From IMG/VR virus record IMGVR_UViG_3300044611_001018: 64,000 nt of DNA, one strand, 5' to 3'. Source of the stretch: a virus (taxonomy: Duplodnaviria; Caudoviricetes). Under the pieces are notes generated by a model. That model ran no database searches. It was not told where the DNA came from and worked only from the letters and a program-made list of their open reading frames with translations. Below, in pieces: positions 16,235-26,243 of the stretch (position 1 is its first letter; each line of letters opens with the position of its first letter). The position numbers and the translations under genes are program-made.

Positions 16235-17943
16235 AATGATACTTTACTAAATCCTTTAATTTTTTCAAATTTTAAGACTTCAGAAAATTTATCCCTCATA
16301 CCTTCTTTGTGAGAGATTACAAAAGTATTCGCATCTTTAATAACATAACGAATAATTTTCATAAATTCATCTGTGCCAAATGTATCCAAAGAAGAATCAA
16401 AAGTCTCATCAAATATAATTAAATTGCAATTCAAAGAATTTTTAATTTTTGCAATTTCTATCCAAGTAAAAAGTAAAGCCAAATCAATTCTCATTCTTTC
16501 ACCTTCACTAAAAGAAGTATATGAAAAGTCATCATGAATCGGAGATTCAATGGACTCATTAAATTCTTCGTCAAGTTTAAAGTTAATAAAAAACTCCATC
16601 ATCTGTAAGTACTTATTTACCTGTGTATTAATTACTGGCAAGTACTTTTTAATAATTTGAGTTTTTACTCCACCATCCTTTAATAACTCTGATACAAAAT
16701 TATAATTAATTAAAAGATCTTTTTTAGAATCGGTCTCTTTACACAATTCTTCATATTGGTCTTCTAACTCTTTTAATTTTTCGTGTTCAGTATTTCTGTT
16801 TTTAAGTTGATTGGTAATAGTTTGAATTTCCTGTTCAAGGTCCCCGATTTGTCTTTGGTATCCAGAGATCTTAGTATTGATTTGAGAAATTTCATGCGTT
16901 AGGTTAGTTACCTCTTTAGATAGTGAAGTAAAGTGACGCTCTCGATCTTCCTCCTCTTTAATTGCCTCCTCTAGTTCTTTGTAACCAGACTGCAACTCTT
17001 TTGCTCTATTTTGGGCGTCACTAATTTTATTTATCCTAAAATCCTCTTCAATAGATTGAGTACAAGTTGGGCAAACCGTATTACTAGTAAAGAACTTGTG
17101 GTCTTCTATTACAGTTGTGATTTTTTGAGATAACTTTCCCTTTAAATTGCCAAGTTTACGCAACTTATCATTTGCACCAGAAAATTCAACTAATTGCTCT
17201 TGTTTTTTAACTAAAGAATCTTCTAAAGTAAGAGAGTCAGTCAGCAATTTTTCATTTTCTTCTCTTATATTTTTAATTACATTATTTTTATTTTCAATAT
17301 CTTTCTTTCCAATATTTTCAATCTGTTCGATAAAACTTTTTTGCATGTTAAGTTTATCTTGAATAGATTCTCTTTTATATTCCAAATTTTTAATTTCATC
17401 TCTACACGTTTTAACTCTATCCTTTAAGACAGAATTCATTGATGAAAAGATTTTAATATCCAAAAGGTCTTCAATGACTTCTCTTCTAGTTGCTGCTGCC
17501 AACTGCATAAAAGGAACAAAATTGCTACTACCCAAAATAACAATTTGAGTAAAAGACTTGTAGTTCATTTTTAGAACAATACTTTCCAACCAAGTTTGCT
17601 GGTCTTTACTAGCAGCTTCTTGATTTAAAAGTTCGCCATTTTTATAAATTTCAAAAATCGTAGGTTTAAGACCCCTAACAATCTTCCAAGCATTAGTTCC
17701 TATTTTAAATTCAATTTCAACCAAACAATCTTTTTCATTTACAGAATTAATTAATTGTGGTTTGTTAACGCCCCTAAAAGATTTTCCAAACAAAGAAAAA
17801 GTCAAGGCATCAAGGATCGTACTTTTTCCAGATCCATTGTTACCAATAATTAAAGTGGTGGGTGACTTTGCTAGGTCAATTTCAGTAAATTGATTACCAG
17901 TGCTTAAAAAGTTTTTATAGCGAATTTTTTCAAATAATATCAT
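16231..17943 (-). CDS. gp46: Recombination exonuclease, SMC/Rad50-like subunit
   Basis: GNNGSGKST, CPTC zinc hook, FSEGE signature, IFDET. Confidence 0.97.
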   Translation of the reverse strand: MILFEKIRYKNFLSTGNQFTEIDLAKSPTTLIIGNNGSGKSTILDALTFSLFGKSFRGVNKPQLINSVNEKDCLVEIEFKIGTNAWKIVRGLKPTIFEIYKNGELLNQEAASKDQQTWLESIVLKMNYKSFTQIVILGSSNFVPFMQLAAATRREVIEDLLDIKIFSSMNSVLKDRVKTCRDEIKNLEYKRESIQDKLNMQKSFIEQIENIGKKDIENKNNVIKNIREENEKLLTDSLTLEDSLVKKQEQLVEFSGANDKLRKLGNLKGKLSQKITTVIEDHKFFTSNTVCPTCTQSIEEDFRINKISDAQNRAKELQSGYKELEEAIKEEEDRERHFTSLSKEVTNLTHEISQINTKISGYQRQIGDLEQEIQTITNQLKNRNTEHEKLKELEDQYEELCKETDSKKDLLINYNFVSELLKDGGVKTQIIKKYLPVINTQVNKYLQMMEFFINFKLDEEFNESIESPIHDDFSYTSFSEGERMRIDLALLFTWIEIAKIKNSLNCNLIIFDETFDSSLDTFGTDEFMKIIRYVIKDANTFVISHKEGMRDKFSEVLKFEKIKGFSKVSL

Positions 17944-18199
17944 TTTGTTCTGGAGGAATTACAATGTCATTTGCAGTAATAATTGCATATTCATAGCGAT
18001 TAATTTCGCATGTTTTTATAATTAAATCATCATCTATTTCAATCACTACTAGTGATGGATAATCATCTTCTTCTAACATCATTGCAAATCTTACAGCATC
18101 GTCTTCTTCTTCAAAGAGGTAAAGAATTTGTTGACCTTTTTGGTTGGTTACAGAATAAGCACCTTGCTCTTCTCTACCTTCTAAAGTAAGAATGTACAT
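17930..18199 (-). CDS. Hypothetical protein between gp47 and gp46
   Basis: 89-aa ORF (GAYSV...LYLFEEEDDAVRFA) tightly packed between gp47 and gp46. Confidence 0.8.
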   Translation of the reverse strand: MYILTLEGREEQGAYSVTNQKGQQILYLFEEEDDAVRFAMMLEEDDYPSLVVIEIDDDLIIKTCEINRYEYAIITANDIVIPPEQNDII

Positions 18200-18200
18200 G

Positions 18201-19247
18201 TTAGATTAACTCACAAGCTTGTTTATATACTTGTTGAATGATTCTTTTTACAGATGCTTTATTTATTGAGTCTTCAAAATCATCAACATACTTATTTAAA
18301 ATAGATACTGTATCTTCCGATTCTAAATCATATTCTTCATTTAAAGTTGTCGAGTCTGCGAAAGATTCTACAATTTTTAATTCTGCAATATTTGTTAGAT
18401 AAAGTTTGTCAATAAATTTTTCAAATTTTTTTTCATCTGTCTTTTTCTTGACTATCAATTTTACAATTTTATTTTCATAATTTCTTACATCAAATGTTTG
18501 ATAATTATTATCATCATAATAAATTGTTTCATGCATCGTATAAGGATTATTTACTGACTGTAAAGAACGAGTTTCTGTGTCAAAAATATGAAATCCACGA
18601 GTATCTCCAATATCATTAGAGTATATTTCGTATGGATTACCCAAGTAAAAAACCTTACCATTATCAGAGCGAGTGTGGTAATGTCCAGAAAAAACTAATT
18701 CAAATTTATCAAACAACTTAGAATCCATACCTTCTTGCATAGTAAAACCACGGTATGGTGGAAATCCAGAAAGTTCAAGATGCCCCATAGCACATGTACA
18801 ATTCGTAGATTTTACTGTTTTAAATGTTTCCTCAAAATTTCCTTCATTAATCCAAGGAATAAAAAGAACTTTGAGTTTATCAAGTTGTACTTCTGTTGGT
18901 TTGGAATATACCTTTACGTTTTCATATTCTCTTAAAAGAAGATCTACAGCATTAATCTCATTAGTATTCTTGTAATATGCTGTATGATTACCAACTATTG
19001 TATGAACAGTAACTCCAATTTTTTCTAAATTGTCGTAATAATTATCTTTTGCCCATGCAAGAGCAGCAAAATCAATTCCCTTTCTACTATCAAAAGTATC
19101 TCCCATATCTACAACGGTTTTAATACCATTTTTGATTAGGGTTGGGAAAAAGATATCATTATAAAATTTTAAAAAATAATCATGAAAAAGTTTAGAGTTT
19201 TTACGAGCACCAAAATGTTGGTCTGTAATAATTGCTACTTTCATCAA
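18201..19247 (-). CDS. gp47: Recombination endonuclease, Mre11-like subunit
   Basis: ITDQHFG, MGDTFD, VGNH, SGHYH. Confidence 0.97.
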   Translation of the reverse strand: MMKVAIITDQHFGARKNSKLFHDYFLKFYNDIFFPTLIKNGIKTVVDMGDTFDSRKGIDFAALAWAKDNYYDNLEKIGVTVHTIVGNHTAYYKNTNEINAVDLLLREYENVKVYSKPTEVQLDKLKVLFIPWINEGNFEETFKTVKSTNCTCAMGHLELSGFPPYRGFTMQEGMDSKLFDKFELVFSGHYHTRSDNGKVFYLGNPYEIYSNDIGDTRGFHIFDTETRSLQSVNNPYTMHETIYYDDNNYQTFDVRNYENKIVKLIVKKKTDEKKFEKFIDKLYLTNIAELKIVESFADSTTLNEEYDLESEDTVSILNKYVDDFEDSINKASVKRIIQQVYKQACELI

Positions 19248-19738
19248 TATCTAGATTTGGAATGAATATTATCCTTAATGGAATTATAGTCAGAATAATT
19301 CATACCGTCAATGAGGTTATCATCAAAAAAGACTTCATCAAATCCAGTCCTTTCCAAAATTTTATTTTTAATTTCTAATTGCTTTTTCTCTTTTTGAATT
19401 CTACGCAAAAAAGCATAGTGTATAATCTGAGTAAAATAAGCAAAGGGATTTTGAGATTTCTCTGGATCAAAATTATGAATGTACATCACACAATTTTCTA
19501 TGCCATCAGAAATCATATCATCTTTAAAGATGTAATTGACAAAATTAGGTTTAAATGATAGATGAGTTGCTATTTTTAAAAAGCACTCTCCCAAATAATT
19601 TGTAATTTGTGGTTTAGGATCTCCACGCTCTTGAGCTGCACTCAACTGCTTTCTATACTCAATCAAAGCTAAAAGAAATTCCTTGTTATTAACGTAGTGA
19701 ATTGATCTCTTTCTTTTAGGCACTGCCTGGATACCCAT
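19244..19738 (-). CDS. gp55: Late-transcription sigma factor
   Basis: HYVNNKEFL, YIFKDDMISDGIENC, NPFAYFTQIIHYAFLRRIQKEK. Confidence 0.96.
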   Translation of the reverse strand: MGIQAVPKRKRSIHYVNNKEFLLALIEYRKQLSAAQERGDPKPQITNYLGECFLKIATHLSFKPNFVNYIFKDDMISDGIENCVMYIHNFDPEKSQNPFAYFTQIIHYAFLRRIQKEKKQLEIKNKILERTGFDEVFFDDNLIDGMNYSDYNSIKDNIHSKSRY

Positions 19739-19772
19739 AAAATAACTTTATTAATTGTTCAAATTATAACAC

Positions 19773-19825
19773 TATTATACGAGAAGAATCAAGGCTTGAC
19801 AGAGGTATCCAAAAATGGGTATAAT
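19773..19825. promoter_or_regulatory. Overlapping divergent sigma70-type promoters upstream of gp55
   Basis: + strand TTGACA(19796-19801)-N18-TATAAT(19820-19825); - strand CTGTCA-N17-TATAAT pointing at gp55. Confidence 0.65.
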
Positions 19826-19853
19826 AGCATTGTTGCGCTTTCAAGTTTATATA

Positions 19854-20261
19854 TTAACTATTTTTATAGAGTTTTTCTAATATCTCTTTAGCATCATTAA
19901 CATTAGAGATATATCCCATCTTTCTATTAATTTTTTTTCTAATACCGTGAGGATTATCTTTAGGATCAAAATCAGTAGATTCTCTAATCCATGATTGATA
20001 CATAATAATCATTTCAACGTCCTTTGATTCGCTTAGTGTAAGGACATCATCCATATCAAGAATAAACATATCTTCCTTAGTTGTTTTTAACCAGGGTTCT
20101 AATTTATATCCAGTTACTCCTTTTCTAGTTGTAATTTCAGATACTGTAATTGGATGTGTTATGAGTAATAAGGTTTTGTCTTGTTCAAAGCAAGGCATTA
20201 CTTTTGAAAATATCTCTTCTCCACTTTTTAACTTAACTGTTGCATAAAAATCGTCTTCCAT
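19854..20261 (-). CDS. Hypothetical protein (Sm-like N-terminus) between uvsW and gp55
   Basis: FYATVKLKSGEEIFSKV...LEPWLK...DDVLTLSE; C-terminal KMGYISNVNDAKEILEKLY. Confidence 0.8.
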   Translation of the reverse strand: MEDDFYATVKLKSGEEIFSKVMPCFEQDKTLLLITHPITVSEITTRKGVTGYKLEPWLKTTKEDMFILDMDDVLTLSESKDVEMIIMYQSWIRESTDFDPKDNPHGIRKKINRKMGYISNVNDAKEILEKLYKNS

Positions 20262-20263
20262 AA

Positions 20264-21736
20264 TTATTCCTTTAAGTTAATTGTTATTATTTCATAATTA
20301 AACTTTTCTTCATTATAAATTTTAATTCTTTCTATTAAATGATTCAAAGTATAATTTTTTCTTGAATTATATGTGCAATCATCAGATATGTCATATAACA
20401 TTGCTTTAGTTTTATTTTTACCCTTCCTAAGAACTCTTCCGATAGATTGGAGATTACGAATTCTAGACTTACTCGGAGAGGCAAAAATTACATTGTGTAG
20501 GTTTCTTATATTTATTCCTGTAGAAAATACACCATATGAAGCAATAATGATTGCATCTTCTTCTCGTTCCGTTATTTCTCTAACAAGTTCTCTCTCTTCA
20601 GTATCAACACCACCATGAATAAAAAATACTTTTCTATTTGCTTTTTTAGCATTATATATTAATTCATACAAAGGTTTTCCATGAGTCTCAACCCTTGAGA
20701 ATAAAATAAGAGTATTGCCTTTTAGATCTAGGGATAAATTTTTAATAAAATTATTCCTTTTATCATGAGAAATTATAAATTGAACTTCATCTTCATATGT
20801 TGCAAATATTCTTGGTTTATGCTTTAATACTAAACATCTAATATCTAATTTTGATACGTGCCCTTTCTCCATCAACTCTGAAGTTCTTATAATTTTATAA
20901 GATGGACCAAATAATCCTTCAAGGACCCATTTATGAGTTTGGGTTCCATCTAAAGTTCCTGTAAATCCAAATCTATACTTTGCATGATGTAGCTTTGTCA
21001 TGATTTGTATTAATGATTTAGATTTAAATAAATGAGCTTCATCGCCAATTACAACATCAAAGTCTTCAAAGAAACCTCTTTCAAGTTTATAAATTGATTG
21101 CCAAGTAGTAATTGTTACTGGAGAGTTATTAGTTTTTTCCCTACCAGAATAAATTTTGTGACAGTACGATGAAGCATCCCAACTATAATCCTCAAAATCT
21201 TTGTACATCTGCTCTACAAGAGATGTCGTTGGAACAACTACAAGAATTTTTTGCCCTCTCTCCACATAATATCTTACGAGAGAGTAAATCATCAAAGATT
21301 TGCCAGATGCAGTGGGACTTATCAATAATTTTCTATTATGTTTTAGAGCATCGTATACTCCCTCTATTTGATAATCTCTAGGAACATGAGAACAAATAGA
21401 TTTCATATAATCTTTGACACCTTCATATGAAATGCCATCATTAACTTCAAATGGCATCCCATAGAATTTATTATCTTCAAATTTGTAATTGTAATTATAA
21501 TTACCACAAAAAGAAATTAATTTATCTAATAAACCTACGTAGAGTTGTTTGGTTCTAATATCAAATAAATGTATTTCTCCATTCCAATTTCTACCTCTAT
21601 ATTGAGGCATAAATTTTGCATTAGGGACTTCAAATTTAAAATAGTCCCTTAATTCATATTCTATGTGGGGTTCACATGTAATTTTTAAATATACTTCGTT
21701 TGATTTTGAAATCAAAAGATCAAAGTTATCAACCAT
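20264..21736 (-). CDS. uvsW: SF2 DNA helicase UvsW
   Basis: PRDYQ, SPTASGKS, GDEAH, GFTGT, STGINI, QSIGRVLR. Confidence 0.97.
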   Translation of the reverse strand: MVDNFDLLISKSNEVYLKITCEPHIEYELRDYFKFEVPNAKFMPQYRGRNWNGEIHLFDIRTKQLYVGLLDKLISFCGNYNYNYKFEDNKFYGMPFEVNDGISYEGVKDYMKSICSHVPRDYQIEGVYDALKHNRKLLISPTASGKSLMIYSLVRYYVERGQKILVVVPTTSLVEQMYKDFEDYSWDASSYCHKIYSGREKTNNSPVTITTWQSIYKLERGFFEDFDVVIGDEAHLFKSKSLIQIMTKLHHAKYRFGFTGTLDGTQTHKWVLEGLFGPSYKIIRTSELMEKGHVSKLDIRCLVLKHKPRIFATYEDEVQFIISHDKRNNFIKNLSLDLKGNTLILFSRVETHGKPLYELIYNAKKANRKVFFIHGGVDTEERELVREITEREEDAIIIASYGVFSTGINIRNLHNVIFASPSKSRIRNLQSIGRVLRKGKNKTKAMLYDISDDCTYNSRKNYTLNHLIERIKIYNEEKFNYEIITINLKE

Positions 21737-22166
21737 ATCCTGCTTGGAATTTTAAGAATTCAATAGCATTCTTTATTTGGTATGTTCTGTTTTGAATTAC
21801 CTTTAGAATACTTTCTAAGTAGTTTAAAATTGTTTCGTAATACTCAACTTTTAAACTAATTTGAGACAACTTTTCATCTGCATCCAAGTATTTTTGAAGA
21901 GTATCTTTATCTCTAATTTTTTTAGGGAAGGGATATTCTACGTAAACTTCTGGGTCTGCTTTACCAGTAAAATATTCATAACGCTCGTGACGAATATTTT
22001 TTCTTTGTTGTTCTGCTTTCTTTTTAAGAAGAATTACATTGTTGTAAATCTCAAAGTATTTAGCATGTAACAACGGAACATTAATTGATTCAGTATGTAA
22101 GTTATCCATATCAATGTGAGCATCCTTTTCCCACATTTGTTGGATTTGTTCAAGGTCAAGAATCAT
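21729..22166 (-). CDS. uvsY: Recombination mediator UvsY
   Basis: LHAKY...YFTGKADP...YLDADE...QIKNAIEFLKF. Confidence 0.93.
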   Translation of the reverse strand: MILDLEQIQQMWEKDAHIDMDNLHTESINVPLLHAKYFEIYNNVILLKKKAEQQRKNIRHERYEYFTGKADPEVYVEYPFPKKIRDKDTLQKYLDADEKLSQISLKVEYYETILNYLESILKVIQNRTYQIKNAIEFLKFQAGYG

Positions 22167-22726
22167 AATTTATTTCCTTTTGGGTCATATATATCGTAAA
22201 TAGTATACTTGAAAGATACCTCTGCAGTAAAGTATTCTACATCTGGATTGGTAGCATCAAATGTTAATTCTGACAAATCATATGGAAACATATCTTTAAA
22301 TATAACATCAAACTGTGGTCTTTGATTGCTATTCAAAATTTGCAAAGTTCCATCAGAATAAATGTTCATGGATTTGCTATCAAATCCTAACTGAGTATTA
22401 TCTTGTTTTTGTAAGTTATAAATTTCTTCTAATGACTCTGGAAATCCAAGACCACGCATCCATCTTTGAATCTCCATATAATTTTCTAAATTCTCATCTA
22501 CAATAAATCTTAGAGTAAAATCTTGAAATACTATTTTATCTCCTGGAATATCAATATTTTTTAGATAAGTTGGTTGCTCTGCAACACCTAAAGTCATTCC
22601 TGGTATATTTGCAGAGTTAGAAAAGAATGATACTTTACGTGCTCTATTCAAAGTAAATTTGAATGCAATAGAAGATAGAAAATTTCTATTTTGGATTTGA
22701 TTACTATAAAGATTACCTGTAGTCAT
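22163..22726 (-). CDS. gp3: Tail completion / sheath stabilizer protein
   Basis: RNFLSSIAFKF, ANIPGMTLG, LRFIVDENLENY, FKDMFP..LS...FKYT; CTAAATA at 22738-22744. Confidence 0.92.
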   Translation of the reverse strand: MTTGNLYSNQIQNRNFLSSIAFKFTLNRARKVSFFSNSANIPGMTLGVAEQPTYLKNIDIPGDKIVFQDFTLRFIVDENLENYMEIQRWMRGLGFPESLEEIYNLQKQDNTQLGFDSKSMNIYSDGTLQILNSNQRPQFDVIFKDMFPYDLSELTFDATNPDVEYFTAEVSFKYTIYDIYDPKGNKL

Positions 22727-22745
22727 TGTTTTCTAACTATTTAGA

Positions 22746-22773
22746 TAAAAAAAGAGACCCTTTCGGGTCTCTT
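22746..22773 (-). terminator. Terminator after the major capsid gene
   Basis: AAGAGACCC-GAAA-GGGTCTCTT followed by a T-run. Confidence 0.85.
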
Positions 22774-22792
22774 GATTAAATTGTGACCAGAC

Positions 22793-24202
22793 TCACATGA
22801 GGTTCTTGATTTGAACTCTTCTGTAGTAACGGTTTGCGTTAACTTGAAGTCTGCCGAGACCCTGAGTGGTGCCTTCAGCGAATGGGTTAGCAACAAGACC
22901 GTATCTGGTCTTAAAGCCAATCTTAGGCTGGAAGGTGTTCTCACCAACGGCACGAACCATTTGGAGAGGAACGTAAGGGCAATAGAACAGACCTGCATCA
23001 TAAGGGGAAGAACCCTTATAACCAACAACGTAGTACTGGTTAGCAGATACGTTTGCTGAATAAGGATCGATATATACGCGATACTTACCAAGCAGAACAC
23101 CCGCAAAGGTGTTACCAGTGTCATCAACGTTGAGGTTTGCGTTCAGAGCAGGAGTGTAATCAAGTACACCAGCCATGCTCAGTGCAGAAGCAACGTCTGC
23201 GGAACACATAACAACGTTACCCTTTCCTCTACGAGTTCTTTGTGCGATTGCGTTAGCATCACGCTCGATTTGGAACAGGAGACCCTTGAACTTTTCAACT
23301 GACCAACGACCATTGGAGTCGATGTCGAGGTCGAATACACCAGCGGTAGCAGTGTTAGCAGCAGCACCTTGCTCAGCAACCTTGTAGATGGTTCTGATGA
23401 CTTCTCTGTTGATTTCTGCGAGGATTTCAGTAGAGAGAATGTTAGCAAGTTCTGCTTCTGCATTCAGACCGTGAATTGCCTTCAGGTCTTGTGCAAGCTC
23501 AAGACTGTATTCTGCCTTCAGTGCTCTTGACTTTGCTTCAACAAGGACTTTCTCAATTGAGAATGCCATTTCGTTGAACTGGTTACCTGCACCGTTACCG
23601 AGATTCTCAGAATCTCCAGTGTACATACCCTGACCAACGTTGTAACCATCAGAACCAGTTGAAGAACCAGTACCAACTGGGTTCAGAAGACCTGGGTTTG
23701 AACCATACTGAGTAGTAGTACCCATACCAGCAGCAACGTTAGTTGCAGCGGTGAGACCAATACCAGAGTTCTGACCAGAGAATACTGTATCTGCTTCGTT
23801 AAACAGAGCTTCAGTGCCGCTCTGGTTGGTGTAGCGTGAACGCATTGCGAAGATGAGTCCAGTAGGACCACTCATTGGTTGAACGCCTGCGAGGTCATAT
23901 GCGACCAGGTTAGGCATTGCACGTCTGATGAGTGAAATCAGAACTGGATCAAAACCTGCTACAGGACCTGCAGCAGTAGCGGAACCTGAGAAACCACCTG
24001 AAGCACCAGCAGCGTTTCCGCTATTGGTTGGGGATTCCATCAGCATTCCATTTGAGAAAGCTGATTGCTCTCTCAGGAATTTTTCTTGGTTTTCTAACAG
24101 GACAGCGGTTACTGCTCTTCTGTGTGAATCTTTGATTGGATCAAGACCATCATAGTCGAGAAGTGGTGCCCACTTTTCCTGCAGATGCTCGGATTGGAAC
24201 AT
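22793..24202 (-). CDS. gp23: Major capsid protein
   Basis: EKWAPLL, FDPVLISLIRR, GVQPMSGPTGLIFAMR, KSRALKAEYS, FQPKIGFKTRYG. Confidence 0.99.
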   Translation of the reverse strand: MFQSEHLQEKWAPLLDYDGLDPIKDSHRRAVTAVLLENQEKFLREQSAFSNGMLMESPTNSGNAAGASGGFSGSATAAGPVAGFDPVLISLIRRAMPNLVAYDLAGVQPMSGPTGLIFAMRSRYTNQSGTEALFNEADTVFSGQNSGIGLTAATNVAAGMGTTTQYGSNPGLLNPVGTGSSTGSDGYNVGQGMYTGDSENLGNGAGNQFNEMAFSIEKVLVEAKSRALKAEYSLELAQDLKAIHGLNAEAELANILSTEILAEINREVIRTIYKVAEQGAAANTATAGVFDLDIDSNGRWSVEKFKGLLFQIERDANAIAQRTRRGKGNVVMCSADVASALSMAGVLDYTPALNANLNVDDTGNTFAGVLLGKYRVYIDPYSANVSANQYYVVGYKGSSPYDAGLFYCPYVPLQMVRAVGENTFQPKIGFKTRYGLVANPFAEGTTQGLGRLQVNANRYYRRVQIKNLM

Positions 24203-24251
24203 TTGCTTTTACCTTTGTAACGTGTTTGGTTTTGTTTGAATTATATTAAAT

Positions 24252-25511
24252 TCACTTTTTAGCAACTGCTGAAAGTGTTCTGAGATATGAATTCATATAT
24301 TCTGAGGTATAACCAGCAGAATTTAGTTCAACCTCTTCAATTAAACTTTCGGTTTTTGCCTTTGGAGTTTTCTGTGATGAGAAGTATGATTCTCTCAACA
24401 TCTCCAGTTTTTCACGATATTTTTCTCCACTTTCAAACTCAACACTTTCGGCAAGTGAAGCGAGCTTCTCTTTCTGAGAGAGTGCTAGACCCTCTGCTAC
24501 ATCATCAAAGATTCCTTCAGCAACCGACTCTGAGAGGCGCTTGTTTAAAGTAATATTCTTTTCAATCTGCTCGTTGAGTTTTGTCTCCATTTCATCAAGT
24601 TTTTCTACCATGCTCTCAAGAACATCATATTTATCTTCAGGGATTGATACATAATGTGCTTCAAAAAGTTCCTTCATACCTGAGAGGAATGATTCAGTCA
24701 TTTCTGACTTCAGACCGTTCTCAACTACAAGTTGATTTTCGGTCATCCATTCCTCAGCAACGTACTCAAGATATGAATCAACTCTTTCTTCAAGAGCTGA
24801 TTTAATTTCTTGTACTTCTTCTACAAGTCTTGCTTCGTATGCTTCATCATACTGAGTAATGAGTGCTTCTTTGATCTCAGTAACTTTTGATCTTAGAGCA
24901 GCTTCAAAGATGGTACGTGCCTTCTCTTGGAATTCCTCAGAGAGGTCTTCACCATCTAGAAGAGCATTAACATCTTCTTCAATGTCAAACTCTTCTTCTT
25001 CTTCTTCTTCCTCTTCGTCTTCGTCTTCGTCTTCTTCAACCTCTTCCTTCATCTTCTTCTTCTTTTTGTCCTCACCCTTCTCATCTTCATCTTCACCTTC
25101 TTCATCCTCTTCATCCTCTTCATCTTCTTCTGCAGCTTCTGCTACAATCTCTTCATCTTCAAGAATCTCTTCTTCATCAAGGAGATCTTCAGAATCTACT
25201 TCTTCCTCTTCCTTAACAGCATCGCTCTTCTTAAGACCTTTCATTGGGTCTGCTGCCTTAGCGCCCTTGTTAACAACATTTCTTACTTGTTGAAGGGTTT
25301 TGCCTGGAGTTTTGAGTTCTGCAGAATTATCATCTGAACGATAATTTTCTGGAGTAGGACCACCAAGGTCTTCCCAAGAACCTGTTTGACCTGCTACTGC
25401 GCCAGGAGCGAGCTTTTGCATTGGATCGCCTGCCTTTGCACCTGCATTGACAGCGGTCGAGGATTGCTTTGTGCCTGCTTCCATTTCGTGTAAATTGTTG
25501 CCACTAGACAT
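24252..25511 (-). CDS. gp22: Prohead core scaffold protein with a long acidic tract
   Basis: FQEKARTIFEAAL, VDSYLEYVAEEW, KLEMLRESYF; ATAAATA twice at 25548-25558. Confidence 0.95.
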   Translation of the reverse strand: MSSGNNLHEMEAGTKQSSTAVNAGAKAGDPMQKLAPGAVAGQTGSWEDLGGPTPENYRSDDNSAELKTPGKTLQQVRNVVNKGAKAADPMKGLKKSDAVKEEEEVDSEDLLDEEEILEDEEIVAEAAEEDEEDEEDEEGEDEDEKGEDKKKKKMKEEVEEDEDEDEEEEEEEEEFDIEEDVNALLDGEDLSEEFQEKARTIFEAALRSKVTEIKEALITQYDEAYEARLVEEVQEIKSALEERVDSYLEYVAEEWMTENQLVVENGLKSEMTESFLSGMKELFEAHYVSIPEDKYDVLESMVEKLDEMETKLNEQIEKNITLNKRLSESVAEGIFDDVAEGLALSQKEKLASLAESVEFESGEKYREKLEMLRESYFSSQKTPKAKTESLIEEVELNSAGYTSEYMNSYLRTLSAVAKK

Positions 25512-25585
25512 TTGGACTCTCCGATTAACCTTAATGAATTTAATCTATATTTATTTATTAAATTAGAATTTTTACCTATATATGC

Positions 25586-26239
25586 TCAAAGGGAATTCAA
25601 AAAGTCATTGAATAAGTTTAACTTATGTTCTTCTAATTCTCTTCTTCTAGAAAGATTTTCAATTCTTTGTCTGGTTTGGTTTGCAATCTTTTCACGAAGA
25701 ATTCCACCATCCCAAATCCACTCCTTACCTTCCATAATTCCCTGAACAAAAGCATCAGGGGCAGAAGGATCGGCAACAATATCTGCTGCAGTTGCAAGCA
25801 TGAAGTCTTCACCAACTTCTTTATAACCACCTTTAATATTTTCTCTTAAAGAACCAATACCACGAGAAGAAACACCGAGAGTTACTCCGTCTTTAAGAAG
25901 TGCTTCAGCAATCTTACCCATTGGGGTATGTAGGATTTGTGCTTTACCAATAAAATTATTACCGTCTTGCTTAAGTTCAGTAATCTTATGAGAAACTCTA
26001 TCGAGATTTACGGTGGGACCATCTGGGTGTCCTAGCTCCCCAAGTGCTCTACCTTTATTAACATAATCATTAGTATATCTCTTTACTTCTCTTTCCATGA
26101 TAGAGAAAGGATACATTCTACCATTGCGATTTACCATTTCGCTTTGGAGGAATACTCCTGAAATATACATTTGTTTTTTACCACCAACACTCTCGGTGAT
26201 AACTTCAACCTTTTCGATTTCTTCTCTGATAAGTTTCAT
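25586..26239 (-). CDS. gp21: Prohead protease
   Basis: NRNGRMYP, ALGELGHP, LGVSSRGIGS, DIVADPSAPDA. Confidence 0.97.
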   Translation of the reverse strand: MKLIREEIEKVEVITESVGGKKQMYISGVFLQSEMVNRNGRMYPFSIMEREVKRYTNDYVNKGRALGELGHPDGPTVNLDRVSHKITELKQDGNNFIGKAQILHTPMGKIAEALLKDGVTLGVSSRGIGSLRENIKGGYKEVGEDFMLATAADIVADPSAPDAFVQGIMEGKEWIWDGGILREKIANQTRQRIENLSRRRELEEHKLNLFNDFLNSL

Positions 26240-26243
26240 TGGT

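Noticed and set aside
22741-23127. 128-aa alternative-frame ORF overlapping the gp23 3' end
   Set aside because: It runs through the strong terminator, has no RBS, and is explained by gp23 codon bias
24859-25293. Poly-Ser + strand ORF
   Set aside because: It is the reverse complement of the gp22 Glu/Asp codons
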